Source of the DNA: Oikopleura dioica
Taxonomy: Eukaryota > Animalia > Chordata
Length of the DNA stretch: 64,000 nucleotides
NCBI GenBank assembly: GCA_907165135.1
Contig: OU015566.1
Location: 11,966,001 to 12,030,000 of the forward strand
Reading direction: 5' to 3'
This document shows positions 28,283 to 40,618 of this stretch, one piece after another. The position numbers and the translations under genes were made by a program. Each line of letters opens with the position of its first letter. The stretch's first letter is position 1. The notes under the pieces are model-generated. The model did no database searches. It saw only the letters and a program-made list of their open reading frames with translations, and was not told where the DNA came from.

Positions 28283-29941
28283 TCATCGCAAATAGCAAAA
28301 ATCCTGAGTACAATATGACTTACAATCCTGTGGCTGAGTCTGAAAGACAATCGGTCGTTTACATGGACCCTCATGGTGAAAAAGAGTTTCAGAGGAAACA
28401 ATACTTGTGCCGTTCCAAACGATCCGTTCAACAGCGTTCGGACTTGAAATTTCAGAAAAAAGTGTAGTTGGGTTCATACCTTTCATAACCAGCGAAAATC
28501 ATCATCACATTTTCCAAATAAATCATTGAGCCTTGACTAAAACCCTAAAATTATTTTGAAAATCGAATTATTCTAATATTTTTTCGATAACATTTTTCAA
28601 TTCACCGACAACAGTCCAGATTCCATTTCTAAAATAATGGACCATTTTGAGATGTGAAGAGCCAATTTTTCCACCAGCAGTAATAATTCCATTTTCAACG
28701 GATACACAACTATGTTCGTAAAGATTGCCAGCTGGATGGGTCGATTCTGATCTCCATCCACTTTTTTTTGAGAATTTTAGAAAAAAAATTATTTTCTCTC
28801 ACTACCTAAATGCTAGAGACTCAACAGTATTTGTATTTGATCCAGCAACAATTGTAGCTTGTCCATCTAACAAGCACATAGATGCGATACTATGAGTTGC
28901 TTTCATGTCGTACATTTCAATTGATGATTCGCCATCAAACATTTCACATTTTTTGGAAGAAGTTGTTCCCCCGCATAGTAAAACTTCGTCCAGAATTTCA
29001 GGTATCGTGACAGTAGATCCATCAGTATAGAAATTGAATAAAAGCTTTTTACCGGTATCGTGAATTCCGCAATCTGTTATTTTTACGATCTATAATTTAT
29101 TCAATTTTAAAAAATCATAGAGTATTACTTTATGAGAGTCGACCGCTCCACCAAACATATAGACCTCGCCATTTAAAATTGCTGATGCTGATTGATATAA
29201 GTACTGATACGTTGAGGTTGAGTACGGAGAATCATAAAAACGATTTTCCTTGAAAAAGTATTTTGCTACATTTCTGGTATATTGAAATTAATACCTTGAA
29301 TTTCCCGTCCAATGAAATAATGTAACTAAAGGAGATCTTGTATTGACACATAACTCCAATGTATGGTTGGCAATTAAAGCCGCTCTTACATGGACATCCT
29401 TTGGGACATTCAGTATTACAAGGGCATTTGTTTGACTCTTCCGTAAATAATGTAAAACAGTGGTTGTAACACTCTCGATTGGCTGTGCAATAACTGGTGC
29501 ATTTTGTTAGTCGCTGGTTTGCTTCTTGTATACATTGTCTGTAGTAAATATTACCAATTTCGGGATTTTTACACGAACAAATAGGATTTGAACACCCCTC
29601 ACAGCCATCAGGGCAGTCAGGGTAACATGGACAAGCATCGTAGCAGGCTACCGAGAATTAAAATATTTTCAAAACTCAATTTAAATACCAGTATACTCAG
29701 ATAAACATGCTCTTTCGCAAGATGAGGAGTCGCAAGAATCTCTGCAAATAAGAAAATCCTCATAACAGAATCCATCACACTTCTCAGCTAGATCTTGATC
29801 CCTGTAAAACGTCGTTTATAATTAAATATTTTATGATTATATAAAGCCTCACGCGCATGTATCGGTAAAAGGTTTAGGTCTATATATTTCTTCGTAGACC
29901 GAGTGAACCCCGAGAAATAGGAAAATAACCAAATTTAACAT
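28283..29941 (-). CDS. Secreted Cys-rich + kelch-like beta-propeller protein (many short exons)
   Basis: Signal peptide MLNLVIFLFLGVHS; CDGFC...CRDSCDSSSCERAC...CYDACPCYPDCPDGCEGCSNPIC; kelch-like blades VYMFGG, VLLCGG, IITAGG. Confidence 0.6.
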
Positions 29942-30272
29942 CTCTCACTTCGATTATGAGACTTGAAGTACGTTGACTTGATATGATTTTTTGCCTCTTG
30001 ACCTTTCTCGTAACATTTGCATTTTTTCGATAATATTAGCACTCGCTTTCAAGATGACGCATTTTAATTTAATTTCCTAATATAGTGACAGAAGTATTGA
30101 GTTGACTACAGGACAAGGTTTGGTTCTTTTCATCAATCAGCACCTCTTCTTGTCTCCTCGCTGGGCCTCTTTCCGGATCACCTTTCGAAAAACGCTGCCC
30201 AGTTGTAAATCTTACACTCGACTTGTCGCAGGAAGAATACAGCTCCTAGCTCTATTACACTTTTCCTAAAAT

Positions 30273-30866
30273 ATGAGCGAATTTACCGAGGATCAAATTG
30301 AAGGTAAAGAGATTTTGCAAGACTTTATTTATATTTTCAATTAGCATTCAAGGATGCTTTCGAGCTCTTTGACCGAACCGGACAGGGCAAGATCGCCTGG
30401 GCTGAGTGCGCTTCTCTTGCCCGATGCTTCGGCTACAACCCAACTAATCAGTTTGTCCTCAACCTCCTTACTACCGGAAACCCAGAAGAAGAGCCCGAGC
30501 TTCCACCAACGAAGCAAGAAATGGCTGAAAACTTTGTTACCCTGGACGAGTTTCTCCCTCATTTGTGGATTGTCTCGCAGGCCCCTGATCCAGGAAGCTA
30601 CGAAGACTTCTTCGAGGGTTTGAAGGTTTTCGACAAGCACGGTGATGGAAATGTCAGGTAACGAACCAAACTTCTTCCTTGATTTCAACCAAATTTTAGC
30701 TCAGCTGAACTCAGACACGTTCTCGCCAATCTCGGTGAGAAGCTCACTCAGCAGGAGATCGACACTCTTATCGGTGACCAGGAAGACTCTGCTGGCAACA
30801 TCAATTACGATAAATTCATCAAGACCATCATGCACGACAAGGAAGGCTCTCCCGACGATTGTTAGA
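30273..30866 (+). CDS. MYL6: Myosin essential (alkali) light chain
   Basis: [23 protein letters not shown]...[11 protein letters not shown]...[32 protein letters not shown]...[10 protein letters not shown]. Confidence 0.9.
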
Positions 30867-32859
30867 TGTTTTTTTACTGTGTTCAAATGTTTTGGGGAAA
30901 ATTTTTGAATAAACTTTTCAATTGAGTTCTGCTTTATTTAAAGTAGTTTCCCATGAAAGCAAATGATGGCTTGATGTGCATTTTCCCTGACTCCATGTCT
31001 TTCTCAAATATGAAGTCTAAAATTGAAGAAATCTTGCATTCTGACGGGAGAAAGCTTACCTGCTAGGTTGGATGCAACTTCCCTGTCGAGTTTAGCAGCA
31101 GCTACATTTTTCCTTATACTTTCATATGAAGGCAAATCGAAGGCACACGCGACGAGCAGAAAAACGTTAAAGATAATCATCGCAAAGTTTTTGTGGAATA
31201 CGTTTTGAGTCAGGCCTGTTCTCTGTTAAATAAAGGCAATTTTTGTCCGATTAGTTAGGTTAATACTCAATGAACCACTAAAGAGACAGGTACTGGTGTG
31301 GAATTCAATAATTATCATGGTTATTATCGAGGGCATTGCGGTTGATTGATTTTAGTAGAGATACCACTGATCATATCAAATAAAAAGAGTTACAGCATTA
31401 TCTGACTTTATAACTAACTTTGAAGGCATATCATGTCCCTTGGTGAACCTTGACGCTCCGCCATTTTTCTTTCATCAATATAGTGGTTTTCCTGATTGAA
31501 TTAGATGCATTCAATATCATCTAAGTGGCCTTGAACTGATCATTATTTAATGATTGTACCAGTATAAAACGGACGATATAGGAAATGAGAGGCTAGAATG
31601 TTTTTCTGTAACGCGAGTAAAGCTCTTTTATTCACAATTATCGTCGGTGCACATAATTTCTTCAACCAGCCAAGAAAACTGCCTCGAAGTTCTGATATTC
31701 ATTCCAAGCCAGCAGATGATAAGAAAGCCATGACCAATTTTATAACGAAGTGGGCGAAATCAATCTGGGAAGATCCGGAATTAGGTGATTATGAATCTTC
31801 TGATGCTCCTTATGATATTTACTACATGTTATAAAAAAGAGACGCTATTAAAATACTTGATGATCGAAACTCTTACGATATTTTGCTATAAAAAGTCGAT
31901 TATTAGCAATGATTGCTTCTCAAGAATTCAGAAAATTAAAATCACATGTTGCATTAATAACCTGCTGTTTTCATCGAAAATACTCTCATGAAAATTATTT
32001 ATTTCTAAAGAGTCAATATTTCCAGGGAAGATATAATTTGCTCGGCACATTTTGCCAATATATTCTTGCCGATAATTCATTGACGATTGTATTTTTGGAC
32101 ATAAAACCATTCAATTATCAGACTTATCTCTATAAATACTTCGCTGGTTCAAGATATTCAGTAAAATATGAATTTCGGAAAGGTGTTTTTTCTCACGACT
32201 ATTTTCGTCGTAAACGCGATTGTTCCGCGCGGCCTTCAAGTTCCAGAAATAAATCTGCAAGAAGTCATGCAGAACATCTTTAACGAGTGGAAAAAGCTCA
32301 ACTGAGAAGGTGGAAAGCCTGAATCGAAACGATCTGCCATTTACTCGTTTTTCACATAATGTCTGAACGAATAAATGTAACATCCGGAGATAAAGATAAA
32401 CGCAGGTTGCGTCAAATTCTAAAAATGAGGAACCCTTTTCTATCTATTAATAAACTTCCGCTGTATCTGAAACCACAGGATCAACAAAAACCAGCATGAT
32501 TCTGAATTATTGTCGTTGAGAGTTTATAACAAGTCTGCGATCTTGACCATTTAGCGATGGCGCTGATCAAACGCCAGCTGATCCTATAAAAGTGCCGATC
32601 ATTAACCTTGAGCGGAAAAGGTTTTGCGAAATCCTTCAAGAGGTGCTTACCAGAATATTTTCCATAATAAGACAGAGACGAAAGCTTCCAGGTTCGGATT
32701 TATGGAATGAAATATTTCTAAAAGCTACTTTTATATTAAATTATTCAATCAACTCGGCTTAGAATCAATTTCGCGTCACGTCCGCGGCTAACCATTTTAC
32801 TGCATCTCGGTTCGTTTCACCATGAAATTATCCACCAATGTTAGAAGTAGGCATATATT

Positions 32860-33533
32860 TAGGGCCGACGCGCAAAAAATCAACCCCAAGAAAGCATCAA
32901 CGTAGAGAGCTGAAACTTCGGGACATAATGTAGTTCGACCCAACTAAAAAAATTGCTATTGAAAATTTTTTGGTCTGGTCACGTGGTCACGTGATACAGG
33001 CCTCCGAAAAGCTAAAAAAGCTTGACGACCTTGAACGCCTGATCAAGGTCGATCAGCTCATACCTCTGAAGAAAGAACTCAAAAAGTTATTCTTATAGAG
33101 TAAATAATATTTTTGGTGGCGCAGTCACGTGAGGCCGTAGAAGGGAAAAAGGCCCCAAAAAATGGGTTAAAATATGGTAAAATCAAGCTTTCATGGGTTC
33201 ATTTAGTCAAAATTGGTGTCAAAAACAGCTGTTTTGGACGTTTCAACGAGCTCTTCTGCGTCACGTGATTGCACCACCAAAAATATTATTAGCTCTATCA
33301 GAATAACTTTTTGAGCTCTTTCTTCTGAGGTATAAGCTGATCGACCTTGATCAGGCGTTCAAGGTCGTCAAGCTTTTTTAGCTTTTCGGAGGCCTGTATC
33401 ACGTGACCACGTGACCAGACCAAAAAATTTTCAATAGCAATTTTTTTAGTTGGGTCGAACTACATTATGTCCCGAAGTTTCAGCTCTCTACGTTGATGCT
33501 TTCTTGGGGTTGATTTTTTGCGCGTCGGCCCTA
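32860..33533. mobile_element. Non-autonomous hAT-like TIR element (MITE), 674 bp
   Basis: Near-perfect long inverted repeats starting TAGGGCCGACGCGC; 8-bp direct duplication CATATATT at 32852-32859 and 33534-33541. Confidence 0.88.
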
Positions 33534-33927
33534 CATATATTCATGAAAAGAGCTGCTTAAAAAGCTTCAATTGAGCTTGAGGGTTTCGCTATTGATTTTG
33601 GAATAGACAAAGGGGGTCGTGAATTTGTTTAGGTTAAAGCTCTCTAACTTGACTTGGGGTGAGATGACACGTTCTACGGCTGCTACACATTCCAGAAACC
33701 TAATTTTTACAAGTGTCTCCAACTTGCAACTGCGCACACTCTAGAACAGAAGCTTATTCGAGGGCAGAGAGGAATACTATTTCAAAGAAATTAACAACTA
33801 GTCAAATTTACCCGCGTTAACGGACAAAGCATCGCCTCAGAGCGTATTATACGTATTTGACATTCGAAGACATAAACCACACTGGAATCAGTAGAACAAA
33901 GAGATACTCTGGCCGATGATAGCTACT

Positions 33928-34572
33928 GATAATTTCAAAAAAATTTTTGCGGGTCTGAAAATCGTAAAAATTCTGAAAGTGCAGTTTTCTTCAGCTTGTT
34001 GAGACGAGTCGAATGGTGGGTCAAACTCTTGATAACTCCAAGGATTGACCGGTTAACCGGCTGGTTACCGGAAAATACGTTTCCGGTCGCCGTTTTTGTT
34101 CTAGATATGCTAGGATGATGAATGAACCCGGAAACTGATCCTTATGGTCAGTTCTACTGTGGGCAAAAAGATATTGGTCAAATATATAGCGAAACTTTTT
34201 TTAACTATAAAAATTCTAAATTTTGTATGTATTTCGTTGTCGCTGCACCTTCCTAATTTTCGGTCCCATTTTCATAAGAAAATAGAATTTTGGTGATAAG
34301 CATCTTATGGTTAGAGATATGATTCTCATTTTTTCACCCACAGAAGAACTAACTTCAAGGACCAGTTTCCCGCTTTTTTTGTCATTCTAGCATTTCTAGA
34401 ACAAAAACGGCGACCGGAAATGTATTTTCCGGGAAATTGCCGGCTAACCGGTTAATCATTGGAGCCATCAAAAGTTTGACCCATCATTCGACTCGTCTCG
34501 ACGAGCTCAAGAAAACTGCACTTTCAGATTTTTTATGATTTCCGGACCCGCAAAATTTTTTTTGAAATTATC
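33928..34572. mobile_element. MITE family C copy 1 (GATAATTTC termini), 645 bp
   Basis: Long imperfect TIRs; 4-bp direct repeat TACT on both flanks; homologous copy at 48392-49012. Confidence 0.85.
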
Positions 34573-34653
34573 TACTAACTCCTGTTGTAAATAAATCTAA
34601 TCAAGCATCAACCAGAGAAAAATCCACAACAGAAATCGTTAAAAAAGAGCTTG

Positions 34654-36433
34654 ATGAAGACACTCGAATTTTTGCTGCTTGCGCTCACTGATGCAAGAAT
34701 ATTAGGTATGTTTAGCTTAATTTTGTCCTTGGGGAATCGGGCGCCCGACAAAACGGTTCATTGCTTATGAAATTGACGAAAGAACCAAATTATTATTTAA
34801 ACTTAATAATACTCTGGATAATGGAACGAGTAAGAACTAATTCACGTTATTCCGCATACTAAGCGTTAATGTTCGTATCTGTCTGGTAGACAGTGCATTT
34901 GATTTAACATTATTTCAGGTTTATACAATGGATCATTGCTAGTAGAAAAATCTTTCGCTGAAGACTCCCTCTTCAGAAGACGATTTTATGTAGAATTTGA
35001 AGATGATGCTGATTTCAATTTGACTGTAGATACAACTGATCCATTCAAACTAGTCATTGGATATGAGAACTACTTATTCAACTCATTTGGGGACGATTCT
35101 TCAGTCTCTGTCAAAGTCGGCAAGCAGGTAGAAATAAGTGGTGTTGATTTTTGGTCACAAACTTTTTAGGTGGACAAAGGAATTTCCGAAATCACAGAAA
35201 ACTGGATTGAAATACAGTTTGAAGACCAAGAAAAGCCGATTTCCGCTGAATTGAACGTAGTTACGTCGACTGAATCACTATCTGCTCCCCTTTTGTCTGG
35301 CTCTCTTTCAAGCTCCGAACAAGAAAGGAACAAATTGTTCACTGGCTCTTACGGTGCAAATTTGCGAAACATTCTCTCAGTCAGTACGTCGGTTATTATT
35401 CCAGGTAAAAGTACTTTTAAAACTGAGGAATTAATAAAATTCTTTCAGACTTTCCATCGAACATTGACTATGCAACGGTTCGAGAAACCATTGTCAACTT
35501 CTTCAAAATGGATGCAGTTAACCAAGTTCAAGTTGTTGATGTTCGAAACTCTTCGCATGGAGTTGTTTTCGATGTCTCCATTGGAGTCCTTGTCCCCCAA
35601 GCAAAAACATTTCTTCAAGGCTGGAAAGTCTACATAACTGACTTGTTCCGAATGCTTCAAGTTGAAAACGGCGTCGATGCCAGCTTCACTGCTCCGATTT
35701 ACAAAGTTGAGGCGCCGAGAGCGAAGAAAGCGTTTATTGCGATTGTTACTCTCTGCTCTGCTATCATCGTTGGCTTCTTGGTCGCGTTCTTTGTCGTTGG
35801 ACTCAGAAAGGAGATGACAAAGAAAGAAATTCTGGGAGGCTGGTTTCTTATCAACTTCAGGCCAAGTTTGTTAGTGATGGCGGAGATGCTCTTGTGGTGG
35901 GGCTACAGGTAGAAAGGATTGTAAATCTCAAACTCATTGAAATTAAAAGCGAGCAACTGAACATGATTTATCCATCGCGCGACAGCTTTGGGATTGGATT
36001 CGTCTTCATCGCTGCTTTTGGGTTCATCTGTTCATGTGGTCGAAGCGTCGCGTATCTGCTGAGGATAAATCGAGGGAACAAAGAATGGACATTGCCGTGG
36101 TCTCAGGGGAATATCGCAAATATCATTGGAATTTTATTTCACGATATTCCTGTTCCTTTTGCCGTCTATTTCTACTACACGAAGTACTACTCCGTGCTTA
36201 GCAGCTTCAAGTTAACAGTGATGGTTTTTCAAGCTGCACACATGACGCTTTTCTTGAAATATTTCAAAACGCAGAGAGCCGAGAATGTTGCGAAAAGAAA
36301 GGAGGGTACATTCTCTCTTGGACATGGCCTGACTTCGCTTTTGTTCTTTTTTGCACTTCTTTCGCAGGTACGGTTGATCATCTATCATTTTGTCAGCTCA
36401 TAAAAACCTTTTAAAAGTTTTTATAGCATTGAA
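34654..36433 (+). CDS. Secreted-ectodomain multi-pass membrane protein of unknown family
   Basis: Signal-like MKTLEFLLLALTDA; spliceable ORFs 34936-35912 and 35894-36403; about 4-5 C-terminal hydrophobic segments. Exact stop (36403 or 36433) uncertain. Confidence 0.6.
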
Positions 36434-36450
36434 CTAAGATTAATTAGATA

Positions 36451-36877
36451 ATGATGTTCGCCAGAACCGTCGCCTTACAAACTGGTCGCTTGGCGGTCAT
36501 GTCCGGAAGCAAAATATCCGCAGTTGTACGAAAAGACTTCACACCTAACTATCCGAATTTCGAGGATGTTATTGGACGATCCTGTATGGACACTTTACTT
36601 GATGAAAATGGCGCGTTTGTGAATACTCCAAAGTAAGCTTTTGAAAGATTTGCCTTTTTAAGAATCTTTAAGGCCCTTTCGAAGCACGTGTTTGAATGGC
36701 ATCGAAACAGGAATAATCGTCATCTTTGGTATAACACTCTTCATCGGACTGCTGACCCTTCCTGTCTACGGACATGCTTACTTCAAGATGAGAAGAAGCA
36801 AGACTTACCAGGATACTCAACCGATGGACCAAAGAAAAGACCAAGTCGAAGAAGTCCCAAAGACAACAACTAACTAA
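36451..36877 (+). CDS. Small probable mitochondrial single-pass protein (weak COX8-like resemblance)
   Basis: Presequence MMFARTVALQTGRLAVMS; GT-AG intron joins the two ORFs in frame (PK|PFRSTCLNGIETGIIVIFGITLFIGLLTLPVY). Confidence 0.55.
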
Positions 36878-37098
36878 ATACCTTCAACAATGCTCCTACA
36901 ATACGCTTTTAACAATTCACTGCTTTTCAAAATAACTTATCGCATCACACGATGCCTTTTTTGCTAAATAAAAAACATTCCTGCACAATCTAATCGGATC
37001 AAGTTTTCAAAATAAAATAATTTTATAACAATTTGTTATTTTTAAAAAAATGAAGAAGGCACAGTACGAAAACATCTTCAGAAAGGAGTTGATAAATT

Positions 37099-37666
37099 TT
37101 AGAAAAGCTTCAAGACTTGTTTCGCTCTGAAGACCTTGCGGCAGACCGGACAGTTAAGTTCTCTCTTGACGGTTGAGTTTGAATCACCTGAGCTCGCTCC
37201 GTTGATTTGCATCATTATGCATCTAATGCAGGCCTAAATTTATTATGTAAACGATCAAGAGAGACTGCTGAAAAATTACAGTTTTCGCAGTCAAGAGAAA
37301 TACCTGATGGCAGCATTCAGTTATGCAGGCTCGCTGGCGGCTTGTTTCGTTGTAGATTTCAAGACAAACCGAACATCTGATCATGTTGTTGAGTGTATCT
37401 TCGTTCATAACCATCAAATCTGAATACATGATTAAAATATCGTCGTCACGATCAAAAATGCCTTCAGAGGTTGTTGTTCGCATAATGTCGCGAATAGTCT
37501 GCTCCATCGTAGCAGCCTCATGTCTAGTTCTTCCACAAAGGATAGAAGTGTCCATATGAACATCCTGATCGCCAGAGTTGTCGATCTTCATCCTTTTTTC
37601 GGGGCGTTTTTGGCTTGTTGAAGTTCTTCGCTTCATCCTCTCCTGAGTTAAAGTCCAGCGAGGCAT
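37099..37666 (-). CDS. RING-HC E3 ligase, RNF4-like
   Basis: CSVC...ECCHQ|ACIRC...NCPVCRKVFRAKQVLKLF* at the extreme C-terminus; acidic N-terminus with a SIM-like DDILIM. Confidence 0.7.
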
Positions 37667-37824
37667 CAAACTTGAAGTTTTACCTTGAAAATCGAGTAGA
37701 TTAATAAACTGAGGATCATCTAATAAAACAACAAGGGATGGAGCGAAATTCTAGAAATAGCGATTCTCTTCCTTGTTTCCAAGTTTCCAGCATTGATAAA
37801 TGAAACGATCGAAGGTGTTCCTCA

Positions 37825-37898
37825 GCCTTCTTGGCGCAGTTGGTTAGCGCGTCAGTCTCATAATCTGAAGGTCGTGAGTTCGAGCCTCACAGAGGGCA
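37825..37898 (+). tRNA. tRNA-Met(CAT), elongator type
   Basis: Acceptor stem GCCTTCT/AGAGGGC; A box TGGCGCAGTTGG; anticodon loop CTCATAA; B box GTTCGAGCC; T5 terminator immediately after. Confidence 0.95.
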
Positions 37899-38867
37899 GT
37901 TTTTGCTGATTCTAGAGATTTTTTCTGACAAGAGAGGATTCAATTGCTCTTTCTGCATGCTGGCATGCCTCTGCAAATGTTAGCCCCGATATCAAACGAC
38001 GATTCGACTACAAGAATGAATGAATTGCCAAATACTGATTAGCATTTTCTGTATTTTTTGTTATTTTATTCAGATTTTCTTTCTTTAGTGAATTTAGAAC
38101 TGTCAAAAAGCCAGGCAAGCAGTCTCAGAAACAGGAGTATGACAGTATACAGATGAGTTGAAAAAGTTCTTACTGTTGACTCGATTCTAGCGACAGTCCT
38201 TACTTGAAAACGTGGGTGATGGTGGTGATGATGATGGTGTTGATGAAAAACAGAAAAGTGATCAAAGACGAACAGGCTGTATGAAGAAGCTAGTGATGCT
38301 TTTACCATTCAAAGATAACATTTGACTTTATAAGACAAGCCAATTATAAATAGTAATCAGTCTCCGTACAGCTGTAGATTACGGCTTGAGGTAGCGAAAA
38401 AGCAAATTTGGTATTTGTTACTGTTGAGTCTCGGATGAATGGTTTATCTTTGAAATTATTACAAGAGTACAGATGATAATGAGTGAACCATTGTCTACGC
38501 AAGTCGAAAAGGTACTTTAGAAAATGTAAAAAGGAGCCTTCTAGTTGGGAAAAACGCGAAAAGAATAATTGAAAAGATCCGTGAGGAGCTTTCAATACTA
38601 GAAGCTTCTTTTACAAGTCTCAGTTTAGAAGTTGAGACGGCGAAAGAATTGTTTTGAATAAGAATACATCTTTTTTCATGGGCAGATAATGGGCACAAAC
38701 CAATCGGTCGGAAGTGAATTTTACGAAAAAAAAAGAGAAAATAAGTGGGAACTGGCGGAAGCAGCACAAGAAGATGTGAGTTTAGAAACAAAACAAAACG
38801 AGTGTTACGCTCTTATTGTAAAAATTGTAGAAAAGAAACCGCTTCTCAAATATTTTAAAGTGAATAT

Positions 38868-39867
38868 CTATTTTTGATTTTCTCGAAATTGAAACAATTT
38901 AAAAGTCGTCATTTGGAGGCTCGTGGTGAGGATAGGCGCTGAACTCGTTGATCTTCTGTCGCTTGTGCTCGTAGACGGCGTCGTCGAAGAGCTGCAGGGC
39001 TCGTTTGCGGCTCACTTTTTCTGTTCGAGGTGGAGAAGACACGGAGAAGTCGTCAAGTGTGTTCTGAAATCAGATAAAGATGAAAAATCGACGTTCAAAT
39101 AAATATAGAAAGAGCAAGAGATCGATGCGCTCTCTCAAGTTTTAATGGCAATCAATTACCTGAATATTGCTGAGTTCTTTGTTGCAATTAGTGTTACATC
39201 GATGTATGCATGGCTGGCTACTTGGACCAGGTCGGGGCGAGCGTCGCTGCGGCGAGTTTCGATTTCGCTTCGCCAGACAGGTCTTTTGGCGCTCGAGTGG
39301 CGGAACTCCTGGTGGAGGAAGAAGAGGCGGTGGCGAACGATTCGCCATCTTTCCCAACATTTCTTCTCGGCGGATCATCCGGCGTCGCGTTCGAAGCCAC
39401 TTGACGGACTCTTGATCTCGCTGCACGCGGCCAAGCTCCTTTGATTTCTCCCTGAATACATTTACTCAGCCGCCACTCATAAAATAAAGTAGAATAAAGG
39501 TTTTTAGCAAGACAAAGGGGGATTAGAGCTACTCTCAAATTTGACATAATGGAGAGTTGAATTACCTGACAGAATTGAAGCTATCCTTCGACTCTTTGTA
39601 GAAATCTGTCAATTTGCAAGCAGCTGTTCTGAAGGCTTGATAATTCTCTCTGGATTGGTTCGAGTACAGTTGAGCGATCGCCAAGGCTGCTTCTCGAAAG
39701 CCTGAATAATTTTTTAAAACTGAACCGTAGATGAAGAAGAGTTTACCTTTTTCGAGTCTGATGAGACTCTGTTGAGCTTCCAGATCTCTTCGTCGCGCAA
39801 CTTGCTCAAAAGTCGCTTCCAGCGCGGCGATTGCATCTTCCTCCCAAACAGAAAGGTCGTCGCACAT
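38868..39867 (-). CDS. HAPSTR1: HUWE1-associated stress-response protein (C16orf72/DUF4588)
   Basis: Spliced: SVWEEDAIA...FREAALAIAQLY...FRTAACKLTDFYKES...KWLRTRRRMIRREEMLGKMA...RKRALQ..HKRQKI, matching recalled HAPSTR1 motifs (FQNSATAVAQLY, RRRTIRREDL, C-terminal NLS). Confidence 0.75.
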
Positions 39868-40618
39868 TTCTTTTGCAAACTTCCGAACGTTCGCTACAGG
39901 AAAAACTAAAAAAAGAATAAATAGAAAAAACTTCTTCCGCTTTTATTCTAGAGAAAATCAATAAAAGACGTCTAGAATAACCCAGAACAGTTTTTGGTAA
40001 TATTATCTTGTCTTGTTCGAATTTGACCGGATTATTCGAAGAAATTCTTGAGCGAAAAGGTGTTTTGAAGTGTCTGGGTACAAAAATGACTACCCATGAT
40101 AATTGGCGGAGGAGATATTCTCTTTTCTATAAAATGTCTCATTGATCACAGAAGTAAGATTACATAAGTAAAAGTTAAATTTATTTCTCTGAATCAAACT
40201 TACCTCTTTAAATTCTACGAAAACTTGAACTTCTTTGTGGATCTTTCGTTGTAGAATGGGCGCTCTGTATTCTTGTGAATATTATCTTCCCTCTCTTTCC
40301 CTCTCTTGCGAAATGGGGATTTGCTTCGAGTGAAGAGGAAAATCTCGTGAGTTGCCCGGAGCTGAACGACGTATTTTCTGATGGGAGAGTCTGCGTGGCG
40401 CGCGCGATTGGCCCCGTCCTGGCCACTCAGAGGGCGAATTTCGCGGATGAGCGAGCCGAGCTCCTCCACCACCGTGCATCAAGTTGCAGCAAAGCCCCTT
40501 GGCTCCCCTTCTTCCTCGAGTATTCACAATTCTATCGAGAGAGTAACCTAAGAAGAGCGTGAGAATTGGAGAACTGGTGGAACGCGCCTGAGGGCGAAGT
40601 GGAGGCAATTATCAAATA

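Noticed and set aside
31598-32760. Fragmented ORFs with a signal-peptide-like start
   Set aside because: Could not assemble a consistent spliced frame or recognise a domain; may be a decayed gene.
38066-38308. His-run ORF (HQHHHHHHHH) on the minus strand
   Set aside because: Probably the shadow of a GAT/GGT-rich plus-strand segment (GDGGDDDGVDE); no splice or homology support for either, so not listed as a gene.
40206-40608. Overlapping minus-strand ORFs upstream of HAPSTR1
   Set aside because: GC-rich with all frames partly open; best explained as a 5' UTR exon or promoter shared with the LRR gene.
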